Shown piece after piece: positions 55,912-64,000 of a stretch of DNA of 64,000 nucleotides. Position numbers and translations under genes: made by a program. The stretch comes from Polynucleobacter meluiroseus (GTDB taxonomy: Bacteria > Pseudomonadota > Gammaproteobacteria > Burkholderiales > Burkholderiaceae). How positions within the stretch are numbered: the stretch's first letter is position 1; every line of letters starts with the position of its first letter. The notes under the pieces were generated by a model. The model worked only from the letters and a program-made list of their open reading frames with translations, ran no database searches and was not told the origin of the DNA. The stretch covers positions 11,443 through 75,442 of the forward strand of contig CAMDKY010000002.1 of NCBI GenBank assembly GCA_945901245.1, written 5' to 3'.

Positions 55912-57315
55912 ATGGGGTTACTTCGCAGCAGAAGGAGGGCTATTGCCGGTTTAAATTGGGTAAAATTGACCCTAGGCCTTGGGATTTGCTGCGCCCGTTT
56001 TAATTTCGCTGCCAAAAGCCACATCCTTCATTACCGTTTTCATCACCATAAGAATCGCTTGAGTCTACGTCGTCACACCCTGTGGAATTTGGCTGGCAAC
56101 GCATTGCCTTTGTTGGCAGGGGTGTTTTTTATTCCGTATTGCTTAAATCAGCTGGGCTATGAAGCCTTTGGTGTGCTGACGCTGATTTGGTCCTTGATCG
56201 GTTACTTTAGCCTTTTTGATTTGGGAGTGGGACGCGCTTTAACTTACGAGATTTCGCATTTGATTAAAAGCGATCGCGCTCAAGATATTTCCAATACCGT
56301 ATATGCAGGGCTTGGATTGACTGCAGTGACGGGGGCCATTGGCGGCCTAGTGATTTATTGCTTGGCTGATCCGCTTGCCAGCAGTTGGCTCAAAGTTGCG
56401 CCAGAGTGGCAAGCCGATACCCGACTTGCATTTGAAATCGCTGGCCTTGGAATTATCTTTACGACCTTAACCAGTGGTTTACGTGGCGTGCAAGAGGCGC
56501 TTGGCAACTTTGGCCTTGCCAACGTCAACAAAATTTTCTTGGGTACGTGCATGTTTAGTTTGCCCGCGGTATCGATTTGGGCGCATGGCCCACAGCTGTG
56601 GGTGATTGCCGTTTACCTGCTCTTAGCGAGGGTCGTGGTGTTTTTGATGAGCTGCGTCCAGTTAAGGCAGTATTTGTTGACCAGAATAGAAGTGCAAAAA
56701 ATGCTGGATCTGATCCGCCCATTGCTTTCTTTTGGCGGCTGGGTCAGCGTCTCTGGGGTGATAAGCCCCCTCATGGTTTATGGTGATCGATTCTTTGTGA
56801 GCGCATTAGTAGGGTCAGCTCTTTTACCAATTTATGCAATTCCACAGGAAGCCTTACAACGACTCTTAATGTTTCCAGCCGCATTTGCGGGCGCCTTATT
56901 ACCTAAAATTGTAGGAATCAACAAACTAGAACGTAAGTCATACTATCAGCTCAGCGTTAAACGTATGACTTGGTTTATGTTGCCGTTATGCCTATTGGCC
57001 GCTAGCCTAGCCCATCCAATTTTGGAATTATGGATCTCACCTGACTTTGCTAACGCTGCTTTGCCAATTATTCTTATTTTAAGTGTTGGCATTTGGCTCA
57101 ATTCAATTGCCACGATTCCATACACTTTTTTACACGGTGTAGGGAGCACGAAATCGACTGCCCTAATTCATTTATTTGAGTTAGGCATTTACCTCTTATG
57201 CCTTTATTTTCTGGTTAAGACGTTAGGATTGCCCGGTGCTGCATTGGCATGGACATTAAGGGTGGGCTTAGATTTAGTTTTACTTCAAATGGCGGTAAAG
57301 AAGTATGTTGATTAA
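55912..57315 (+). CDS. wzx: Wzx-type O-unit flippase (MOP/PST family)
   Basis: About 12 TM segments. It has a typical start region (RRHTLWNLAGNALPLLAGVFFIPY). The N-terminal 49 aa of the track ORF look non-native; an in-frame TTG at 56059 is an alternative start. Confidence 0.7.
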   Translation: MGLLRSRRRAIAGLNWVKLTLGLGICCARFNFAAKSHILHYRFHHHKNRLSLRRHTLWNLAGNALPLLAGVFFIPYCLNQLGYEAFGVLTLIWSLIGYFSLFDLGVGRALTYEISHLIKSDRAQDISNTVYAGLGLTAVTGAIGGLVIYCLADPLASSWLKVAPEWQADTRLAFEIAGLGIIFTTLTSGLRGVQEALGNFGLANVNKIFLGTCMFSLPAVSIWAHGPQLWVIAVYLLLARVVVFLMSCVQLRQYLLTRIEVQKMLDLIRPLLSFGGWVSVSGVISPLMVYGDRFFVSALVGSALLPIYAIPQEALQRLLMFPAAFAGALLPKIVGINKLERKSYYQLSVKRMTWFMLPLCLLAASLAHPILELWISPDFANAALPIILILSVGIWLNSIATIPYTFLHGVGSTKSTALIHLFELGIYLLCLYFLVKTLGLPGAALAWTLRVGLDLVLLQMAVKKYVD

Positions 57316-57462
57316 AAATGATTATTACTGCTTAATCAGGATTACTATCAAATATCTTTTTGTTTCGATAGAAAAAAAAGAGTATGTAATTAGTAAAATA
57401 TGGCCAATATTGCAGCTATTTCTATGGTCAAAAATCAGTAGCGTTAACTTCAAAAGACCAAC

Positions 57463-58359
57463 GTGATTTACATCATCGTTCTGAATTGGAATGGCTGGCA
57501 CGATACGCTCGAGTGTTTAGAAAGCCTGCTCCAGTTGCAATTTCCCAATTACCGGGTGATGGTTTGCGATAACGCGTCCGAAGACGGCTCTGAAGCGCGA
57601 ATTCGGCAATGGCTCACGCAGTTACCGCCTCATCAATCGGAGCGCTTTACGCTGGTTCAAACCGGTGAGAACCGGGGATACGGTCCTGGCAACAATGTGG
57701 GCATTCGATTGGCGCTACAGGACGCTGCCATGGAGGCGGTATGGATTCTAAATAACGATGTGGTGGTCGATCCCCACGCCTTAAGCGCGCTTTATGAATA
57801 TCACCTAGCGCATCCACTGCGCGGTTTGATTGGTTCAAAGTTGCGTTTTTATGCCTCGCCCGATCGTATTCAGGCGGTGGGCGGCACATTCAATCCGGTG
57901 TTTGCCAGCTCTACCCACGTCGGTGAGTTTGAAATCGACCAAGGGCAATACGATCGCGATGCAATTCGGACTCAGATCGACTACCCCGTTGGCGCGGCTT
58001 TATTTGTGACCAGAGCCTATTTGGAGAGTGTGGGCCTCTTGGCCGAGGAGTATTTTTTGTATTTTGAGGAAATCGACTGGGCTACGCGCGGCGCGCGCGC
58101 TGGCTTGGAGTTGGGGTATTGCTGGCAGTCCACGGTCTTTCATAAAGAAGGCGGGAGCACGGGCTCGCATGCCGACCCCAAGCTCAAGAGTTACCTGTCG
58201 GATTACTACTCGGTCATTAATCGGGTGCGCTTTACCCGTAAATTTTATCCAGGCTACCTCTGGTCGGTTAAGCTCGGCCTACTCCTTGCCGCGGCCAATC
58301 GCATCCGGCGCCTTCAATTTGATCGCCTGAAAATTATTTTGAAGGCTCTAGCGAGTTAA
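57463..58359 (+). CDS. GT2 glycosyltransferase (WbbL-like rhamnosyltransferase type)
   Basis: IYIIVLNWNGWHDTLECLESL, VCDNASEDGS and the NNDVVVD (DxD) pattern. GTG start. Confidence 0.8.
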   Translation: MIYIIVLNWNGWHDTLECLESLLQLQFPNYRVMVCDNASEDGSEARIRQWLTQLPPHQSERFTLVQTGENRGYGPGNNVGIRLALQDAAMEAVWILNNDVVVDPHALSALYEYHLAHPLRGLIGSKLRFYASPDRIQAVGGTFNPVFASSTHVGEFEIDQGQYDRDAIRTQIDYPVGAALFVTRAYLESVGLLAEEYFLYFEEIDWATRGARAGLELGYCWQSTVFHKEGGSTGSHADPKLKSYLSDYYSVINRVRFTRKFYPGYLWSVKLGLLLAAANRIRRLQFDRLKIILKALAS

Positions 58360-58420
58360 GACGGCAAATAATTATAGTTTTTACAGTTTTTTGCAGTAAA
58401 AGCGACGTACCATCGGTTTT

Positions 58421-58441
58421 AGGGGGTCATTAGCCCCTTTT
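58421..58441 (+). terminator. Candidate intrinsic terminator after the GT2 gene
   Basis: AGGGG-gtcattag-CCCCT followed by TTTT. Confidence 0.4.
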
Positions 58442-58486
58442 GGGCTGGTGCTACAATTTGCCTAATTCTTCAGCATACTTCCTTGA

Positions 58487-59389
58487 TTGCACTTTATGCC
58501 TCCTAATATGGATCCGATTGATACGCGCGCTGATCAAGTCAACATTTGGGCTGTGCTGAGTTATGTAGCGGGTCAGTGGCGCTGGTATGTTCAAGGCGGA
58601 ATCATTGGTTTAATCGCAGGCGGCCTGTATTTTTGGGCGGCTCCTACTAAATACGAGGCCAGCGTCGTGATTCAGCCGGCCCGAGTCGGATCCATTCTGA
58701 AGGGTTCAGTCAGCCGCGTGCAAAGCGATGAACCCGAGCCAGCACCATTGATGATTGAGCGCCTAAAGCAGCCGGGCTTTTACACCGAGTCCATTCGCGA
58801 GCAATGCGGCGTAGAGGCGCGTAGCAATTTTCAAAAGAACATGGTTGACAAAATCAATGTCAATGTCGTGAAGTTGCCCAATCCGACGCTCCAAAGCTTA
58901 ACGATGGCCAAAATTACCTGGAAAGGGCCAACGACCAGTGCCGCAGGAAAGTGCCTCGAGGCAATTGTGGCAGCCCTGACGCAGGCCCAAAACCTCATTA
59001 TTGCGCCGACACTGGCAACCTTGACTGAGCAAAAAGCCCAGTCCCAAAAGCTGCTCGATGTTTATGTAGCCGAAATGACCAACGCGAAAACGAAATCGCT
59101 AGCCAATTCCGGCGGCGCTAACTTTAATCAAAGCGTTATTGCAGATAATGCCGCGCAAAATTTACGGGTATCCTTGGCTTATCTCAAAACCGAATTAGCC
59201 GAAGTGACGGCCCAGTTGGCGCCGCCCTACAGCCAGCCGGTCACCAAACTAGAGCCAATTTATGTTTCACAAGACCCCATTGTCCCCTTACCTTTGGCTT
59301 TAGCGATTGGCGCCCTGATTGGGATTTTGGGCGGCGTGATTGCTTTGCTGGTAACGCGCAGCATTCGCCTCTATAAAGCACAAAACTAA
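58487..59389 (+). CDS. wzz: Wzz-like polysaccharide co-polymerase (chain-length determinant, PCP-1 architecture)
   Basis: N-terminal TM segment followed by PTKYEASVVIQPA, a helical or coiled-coil periplasmic middle, and a C-terminal TM segment with a Pro/Gly motif (PLPLALAIGALIGILGG). Start is TTG 58487 or ATG 58496. Confidence 0.6.
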   Translation: MHFMPPNMDPIDTRADQVNIWAVLSYVAGQWRWYVQGGIIGLIAGGLYFWAAPTKYEASVVIQPARVGSILKGSVSRVQSDEPEPAPLMIERLKQPGFYTESIREQCGVEARSNFQKNMVDKINVNVVKLPNPTLQSLTMAKITWKGPTTSAAGKCLEAIVAALTQAQNLIIAPTLATLTEQKAQSQKLLDVYVAEMTNAKTKSLANSGGANFNQSVIADNAAQNLRVSLAYLKTELAEVTAQLAPPYSQPVTKLEPIYVSQDPIVPLPLALAIGALIGILGGVIALLVTRSIRLYKAQN

Positions 59390-59395
59390 TTAATG

Positions 59396-59419
59396 GCATG
59401 AACCAGTCATGCGTTTTTA
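59396..59419 (+). terminator. Candidate intrinsic terminator after wzz
   Basis: GCATGA-accag-TCATGC followed by gTTTTTa. Confidence 0.4.
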
Positions 59420-59526
59420 TCGCTGTTTTTTATCCCGCAACTGGCGCCTCGCGATGAACTACTGTTTTAACTTTAGGCCGCCCGTTTTTGTCCCCATTCA
59501 AAATCGGTTAGCGCTCTACTGATTTT

Positions 59527-60912
59527 ATGGCAGAGCCCAGCACCCTTATTTTGGCCGTCATTGGCCTAGCCTGTTTCTTGCTCGGCGCCCGCGCCTTATT
59601 AGTGGGTCTGGTGATCGCTTCGGTGTTTCAGGCCATGTCCTTTATCGCCATTGGCGAAGGCCCCTTGATTGTGTATTACTTTTTTGGGGTGCTGTTTATT
59701 TTGCGCAATGGCATCGATCTATTGTGGCAAGCGGCCGCGCCGACCAGCTTGGGCGAGAGAACACGCCCGCTCTATTGGTTGCTGCTCTTTGTGGTGATTG
59801 CCGCGCTTGGCGTCTTAGTATTGCCACTCGCCTTTAAGGGGGCGATGGTGTATTCACCCAAGCTTAGCCTAGATGAGCAATACAATAATCTGACCCCGCT
59901 CGCTTTTAACTCTTCGCATCTAAATCAGCTGGTGCAATTGCTGATTAATGCGCTGATCGTGCTGATCGTGTGGATTAGAAAGATACCGCCGCAGCATTTT
60001 GTAATGGCTTTAGCATGCTCATCGGGTTTAACCGTTGGCTTTGCTGTTTGGCAGCTGGTATCCCATTTGACCGGTGCGTATTTTCCAAGCGAATGGCTCT
60101 ACACCGTAAGCAATTGGAGCATCGGCAACGAGCAGCGTTTTGGAATTTTCCCCCGCATTAATGGGGTGTTTTTAGAACCGTCGACGATGGCAACTTACCT
60201 TGTTGGTTTTTTGGCTTTTTTACTGGTGTGGTGGGTGAAGCAGCCGTCGTGGAAATTGTTCGCCGGCCTATCCCTATGTTTACTCAGTATGGTGCTGACC
60301 TTATCGACGACGGCCTATCTGGGCATCGCGCTGGTCTTTGGCACCGTCTTTTTGGGATTCGGTTTAACGCAGTTACTCTCGGGCGGCTGGATCAATAAAA
60401 CCCTCTTTGGGATTTTGTGCATGACCTTGCTTTTTGCTTGGGTAGTGCTGATTGTTACCACCGCTTCTGCTGACATGCGCGATCTATTGAGCTCGGTGCT
60501 AATAGAAAAAGAGGGAGGGGACTCCTTTCGCTTTCGCTTCGAAGCCGACCTGCAAAGCGTGCTGGTGGTCTGGCGCACCTATGGGTTGGGTTTGGGCTTG
60601 GGTGGCAATCGACCTTCGAGTTTTCTCACCTTGCTACTCAGCAACGTCGGTCTATTTGGCGTGATCAGTTTCTTATTGTTTATGGCCAGTTTAAGCAGTG
60701 CGGCGCTATATAGGCTGCGAACAATCGGCAACCCGCAGTTATTGGCAATCGGTATTGCAGCGGTGTGGGGCCTGTGGTCGACGATGGCAGCGAAGGTCTT
60801 AGCGCAGCCCGATCTGTCCTTTGCGCCATTGTGGGTGTGGGCTTTCTTTTTGGCGTCGCTTTGTGTCTGCACAGCACATGCTGACCAAGCAACAGCAGCA
60901 AGGCGCGCTTGA
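59527..60912 (+). CDS. wzy: Wzy-type O-antigen polymerase candidate (second Wzy_C-like membrane protein)
   Basis: 461 aa, more than 10 TM segments, with a GLGLGLGGNRPSSFLTLLLSNVGLFGVISFLLF segment resembling the Wzy_C loop/helix. It sits between wzz and GT4 genes. Confidence 0.5.
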   Translation: MAEPSTLILAVIGLACFLLGARALLVGLVIASVFQAMSFIAIGEGPLIVYYFFGVLFILRNGIDLLWQAAAPTSLGERTRPLYWLLLFVVIAALGVLVLPLAFKGAMVYSPKLSLDEQYNNLTPLAFNSSHLNQLVQLLINALIVLIVWIRKIPPQHFVMALACSSGLTVGFAVWQLVSHLTGAYFPSEWLYTVSNWSIGNEQRFGIFPRINGVFLEPSTMATYLVGFLAFLLVWWVKQPSWKLFAGLSLCLLSMVLTLSTTAYLGIALVFGTVFLGFGLTQLLSGGWINKTLFGILCMTLLFAWVVLIVTTASADMRDLLSSVLIEKEGGDSFRFRFEADLQSVLVVWRTYGLGLGLGGNRPSSFLTLLLSNVGLFGVISFLLFMASLSSAALYRLRTIGNPQLLAIGIAAVWGLWSTMAAKVLAQPDLSFAPLWVWAFFLASLCVCTAHADQATAARRA

Positions 60913-62072
60913 AACTCATCTTTTCTTTAGACCCCATGCTCATGTCCCTAACGGGCATCGGTCGTTATACCTATGAGCTTGCCAAAGGCTTTCGCAAATC
61001 CCCTTTATTAGAGAAAGTGAAGTTTCAGTTTTTACTCGGCTGGGTAGATGATCCGCAGACCCTCATCGACAAATACCACTCGGGTGATAAGGCGCATGCG
61101 GGAGCCCCCGCTAGCCCCCTCAAGCAGTGGGCGCACGCGAAGGCGCGCTCGGCATTTTGGGCCGTATCGCCCACCATCAAAGGCATCATCACTGCGCCCT
61201 ATAAAGATTACATTTACCACTCACCCAGTTTTGTCTTGCCCCACTTTGCCGGCAAGTGCGTCAGTACCGTGCACGACATGTCTGCCTTTCGGGTGCCGCA
61301 ATACCATCCGCAATTTCGGGTGCGTTACCAAGAAAAGATCTTTCCGCATTTAGTGAAAAAAGGAAGTCTCTTTATTACTGACTCCGATTTTTCCAAACGC
61401 GAATTACTCGACTTTTTCCCGGCCTGTGAAAATCGGGTGGTGAGCGTAGCCTTAGGCGCCGACCCGGTTTTTCAAAAGCGAGATACAGAGGCGCTGGCAT
61501 CCGTTCTTGCCGCCTATGGTTTGCAGGCAGGCGCGTACACCTTATCGGTCGGAACGATTGAGCCGCGCAAAAACGTGGAGCGCCTGATCGATGCTTACGC
61601 GAGTTTGCCCATTGAGCTGCGCCTGCATTGCCCGCTTGTTTTAGTGGGCGGTCAGGGCTGGAACAGTGCCAACATCCACCACAAGATTGGGCTTTACAGC
61701 GCGCAAGGCTGGCTTAAATATCTACACTTTGTACCGGACTCGGATTTGCCCCTGATTTATTCCGGCGCCAAAGTCTTTGCGTGCATCTCCCATTACGAAG
61801 GCTTTGGTTTGCCGGTACTGGAAGCGATGGCCTCTAACGTGCCCGTCATTTGTTCCAATACCGCTTCCTTGCCAGAAGTTGGGGGCGATGCCGTGCTGTA
61901 CGTTGATCCCGAGCAGACAGAGGAGGTGCGCGAAGCCTTGGCCCAGCTGATTGTGGATGATGTCAAATGTGCCCACCTCGCAACGCTGGGACTGGCGCGA
62001 GCGCAGCTATTTAGCTGGGAGCGCGCAGCAGAGCAGACGATTGAGGCCTATACGCACATTGCAGGCCGATGA
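60909..62072 (+). CDS. Glycosyltransferase family 4
   Basis: HYEGFGLPVLEAMASNVPVICSNTASLPEVGGDA signature. TTG start overlapping the upstream stop (TTGA). Confidence 0.8.
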   Translation: MKLIFSLDPMLMSLTGIGRYTYELAKGFRKSPLLEKVKFQFLLGWVDDPQTLIDKYHSGDKAHAGAPASPLKQWAHAKARSAFWAVSPTIKGIITAPYKDYIYHSPSFVLPHFAGKCVSTVHDMSAFRVPQYHPQFRVRYQEKIFPHLVKKGSLFITDSDFSKRELLDFFPACENRVVSVALGADPVFQKRDTEALASVLAAYGLQAGAYTLSVGTIEPRKNVERLIDAYASLPIELRLHCPLVLVGGQGWNSANIHHKIGLYSAQGWLKYLHFVPDSDLPLIYSGAKVFACISHYEGFGLPVLEAMASNVPVICSNTASLPEVGGDAVLYVDPEQTEEVREALAQLIVDDVKCAHLATLGLARAQLFSWERAAEQTIEAYTHIAGR

Positions 62073-62191
62073 GCCTATGGCGCGCGCATCCTGATCGGCA
62101 GTACTTCGGCTGGTTTTAAGATCGTATTTTTTTAAGAGCAAGGCCAATGGGATATATTGAGGCTTGCAACAACCAGGCAGTAGGCGCATTG

Positions 62192-62226
62192 CCCAATACT
62201 AAATACCCAATTCCCAATCCCCAATA
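62192..62226. repeat. CCCAAT hexamer cluster including three tandem heptamers (CCCAATN)
   Basis: cccaat-actaaata-cccaatt-cccaatc-cccaata. It ends 37 bp upstream of the ATG at 62263. Confidence 0.8.
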
Positions 62227-62262
62227 CCAACCGCAACCACACGATGTAATGACACCAGCACT

Positions 62263-63426
62263 ATGAGCGCTTCAATATTGCCCAAGCCCTTGCGCGTTGC
62301 CATCGTTCACGATTGGTTAACGGTGTATGCCGGCGCCGAGCGTGTGCTCGAGCAAATGCTGCTGTGCTACCCCCAGGCGGATATATACAGTACGGTGGAT
62401 TTTCTGCCCCCAAAAGAGCGGGCGTTTTTGGGGGGTAAATCCGTTCACACCTCCTTTATTCAAAATTGGCCATGGGCAAAAACCAAGTACCGCGCTTACT
62501 TGCCCTTCATGCCCTTGGCAGTCGAGCAGTTTGATTTGTCGTCCTACGATTTAGTGATTTCCAGTAGCCATGCGGTTGCCAAAGGGGTGATTACTGGCCC
62601 GGATCAGTGCCACGTGTGTATGTGTTACTCGCCGATGCGCTATGCCTGGGATTTGCAACACCAATACTTGCAAGAGTCTGGCTTAACGCGCGGACCCAAA
62701 GCGTGGCTGGCCAAATACCTGCTGCACAAAATGCGCATTTGGGATTTGCGCACGGCAAACGGCGTTGATCACTTTATTGCGATCTCCCAATTTATTGCCA
62801 AACGAATCCAAAAAGTGTATCGCCGCGACTCAGTCGTAATCTACCCGCCGGTTGACCTGGACGCCTTTACGATCGGCGAGCAAAAGGGCGATTTTTATTT
62901 AACTGCCTCTCGCTTAGTGCCCTACAAAAAAGTGGATTTGATTGTGAAGTCCTTTGCCCAGATGCCGGGTAAACGCTTGATTGTGATTGGGGGCGGCCCT
63001 GATTTTGACAAAATCAAACAGATCGCTACGCCGAATGTGACTTTATTGGGGCATCAACCCTTTGAGGTTTTACTCTCGCATTTGCGAAAGGCTAAAGCCT
63101 TTATTTTTGCCGCCGAAGAGGATTTTGGCATTGCCCCACTGGAAGCGCAGGCCTGCGGGACCCCCGTGATTGCCTTTGCTAAAGGGGGCGCGCTGGAGAC
63201 CATTCGCGGCAAAGAGGACGATGCAGCCCGCACCGGCCTTTTTTTCCCAGAGCAAACATGCGAGGCAATTGTGCAGGCGCTAGGGCGTTTTGAGTCTTTG
63301 GGCGCGCCAATTGCGCCTGCGAACTGCCGGGAAAATGCGCTGCGCTTTTCAAAAGCGCGTTTTAGGACCGAATTAACCGAGTTCATCGATGCTGCGCTGG
63401 CAGGGCATCGCCAGCCCCAAGGCTAG
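62263..63426 (+). CDS. Glycosyltransferase family 4 (WbdC/WbpZ-like N-terminus)
   Basis: RVAIVHDWLTVYAGAERVLEQM N-terminus, and EDFGIAPLEAQACGTPVIAFAKGGALE. Confidence 0.8.
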   Translation: MSASILPKPLRVAIVHDWLTVYAGAERVLEQMLLCYPQADIYSTVDFLPPKERAFLGGKSVHTSFIQNWPWAKTKYRAYLPFMPLAVEQFDLSSYDLVISSSHAVAKGVITGPDQCHVCMCYSPMRYAWDLQHQYLQESGLTRGPKAWLAKYLLHKMRIWDLRTANGVDHFIAISQFIAKRIQKVYRRDSVVIYPPVDLDAFTIGEQKGDFYLTASRLVPYKKVDLIVKSFAQMPGKRLIVIGGGPDFDKIKQIATPNVTLLGHQPFEVLLSHLRKAKAFIFAAEEDFGIAPLEAQACGTPVIAFAKGGALETIRGKEDDAARTGLFFPEQTCEAIVQALGRFESLGAPIAPANCRENALRFSKARFRTELTEFIDAALAGHRQPQG

Positions 63427-63504
63427 GACAGCGCCGTATTTTTCGTGATGCCCTGCATAAAATAAGGGCAAATTGTGCTGAAAATGGGCTTTAAACCATG
63501 AATT

Positions 63505-63540
63505 AGCATATTTTTGTGACTTGCATCACAAAAATATGCT
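63505..63540. promoter_or_regulatory. Perfect 15-bp inverted repeat containing a TGTGA-N6-TCACA (CRP/FNR-family type) core
   Basis: agcatatttttgtga-cttgca-tcacaaaaatatgct. It lies 79 bp after the GT4 stop and 52-76 bp before the T1SS start candidates. A TATATT hexamer follows at 63540-63545. Confidence 0.5.
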
Positions 63541-63591
63541 ATATTCCTTCCCTAAATTCAACTAACTTTTAAGTGGCTTGGGAGTACGACT

Positions 63592-64000
63592 TTGCGCAAC
63601 CGAATTCGGCAGTTAATGCCAACCAATGAAATTACTGAGGCATTACTCAAGTTCAAGCAGGTTTTTTACACCATTGCCATCTTTACTGCTTGCATCAATA
63701 TTTTGATGTTGGTGCCCTCGATTTACATGCTGGAAGTCTACGACCGGGTTTTAGTGAGTCGCAATGAAACCACCCTGCATGTTTTAAGTTTTATGACCGT
63801 GGGCCTCTTTGCCCTGATGGCCGTATTGGAGTACATCCGCAGCATGGTGGTGATTCGGATTGGTGCCAAGATGGACACCTTTTTAAATAACCGGGTCTAC
63901 ACTGCCGCCTTTGAGCAAAACTTAAGCGGCTCTGGCGTCAATGCGGGCCAAGCCTTAAACGACCTGACGACTATTCGCCAATTTGTCACGGGCAATGGCA
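63592..64000 (+). CDS. Type I secretion system ABC transporter (PrtD/AprD/HasD class, no N-terminal C39 domain), 3'-truncated by the window edge
   Basis: FKQVFYTIAIFTACINILMLVPSIYMLEVYDRVLVSRNETTL is the hallmark N-terminal TMD motif of this class. Start is TTG 63592 or ATG 63616. Confidence 0.8.
   Translation, partial: MRNRIRQLMPTNEITEALLKFKQVFYTIAIFTACINILMLVPSIYMLEVYDRVLVSRNETTLHVLSFMTVGLFALMAVLEYIRSMVVIRIGAKMDTFLNNRVYTAAFEQNLSGSGVNAGQALNDLTTIRQFVTGNG

Overview
This window looks like a chromosomal segment from a betaproteobacterium of the order Burkholderiales. The evidence is gene content and order: aroQ-accB, fur/bamE/dapB, leuS-lptE-holA-proA, and yqgE-ruvX-pyrR-pyrB. The moderate-to-low G+C suggests a Polynucleobacter-like freshwater lineage, but I cannot verify the taxon without a search.

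Positions 1-36329 are densely packed housekeeping genes:
- aromatic amino acid synthesis: aroQ, aroE
- cell wall: mpl, mtgA
- pyrimidines: pyrF, pyrR, pyrB
- central carbon metabolism: maeB, tkt, gap
- haem: hemJ, hemL
- outer membrane assembly: bamE, lptE
- translation and replication: leuS, holA

A 56-aa rubredoxin gene and a 3'-truncated accB are present but absent from the supplied ORF track.

Positions 36349-63426 form a roughly 27-kb cell-surface glycan island that starts 19 bp after the pyrB stop. It contains:
- LPS-core-type genes (waaC, a WaaL-like ligase)
- three consecutive poorly characterised putative glycosyltransferases
- the dTDP-L-rhamnose operon (rfbBDAC)
- a GDP-mannose to GDP-6-deoxyhexose operon (manC-gmd-rmd-like)
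- a GtrB-like GT2, a SAM methyltransferase and a GT-C-like membrane protein
- a complete Wzx/Wzy/Wzz set with a WbaP/WcaJ-type initiating transferase and several GT2/GT4 enzymes

G+C content is patchy and strand switches occur within the island. Sampled 60-nt lines gave about 23% G+C inside 41.1-42.1 kb, against about 60% in pyrB.

The window ends with the 5' part of a PrtD/AprD-type type I secretion ABC transporter. It is preceded by a perfect TGTGA-N6-TCACA palindrome.

I saw no tRNA, rRNA, CRISPR array, transposase, integrase or recognisable defence-system genes. All family calls rest on motifs read by eye from the translations. No alignments or HMM searches were run.
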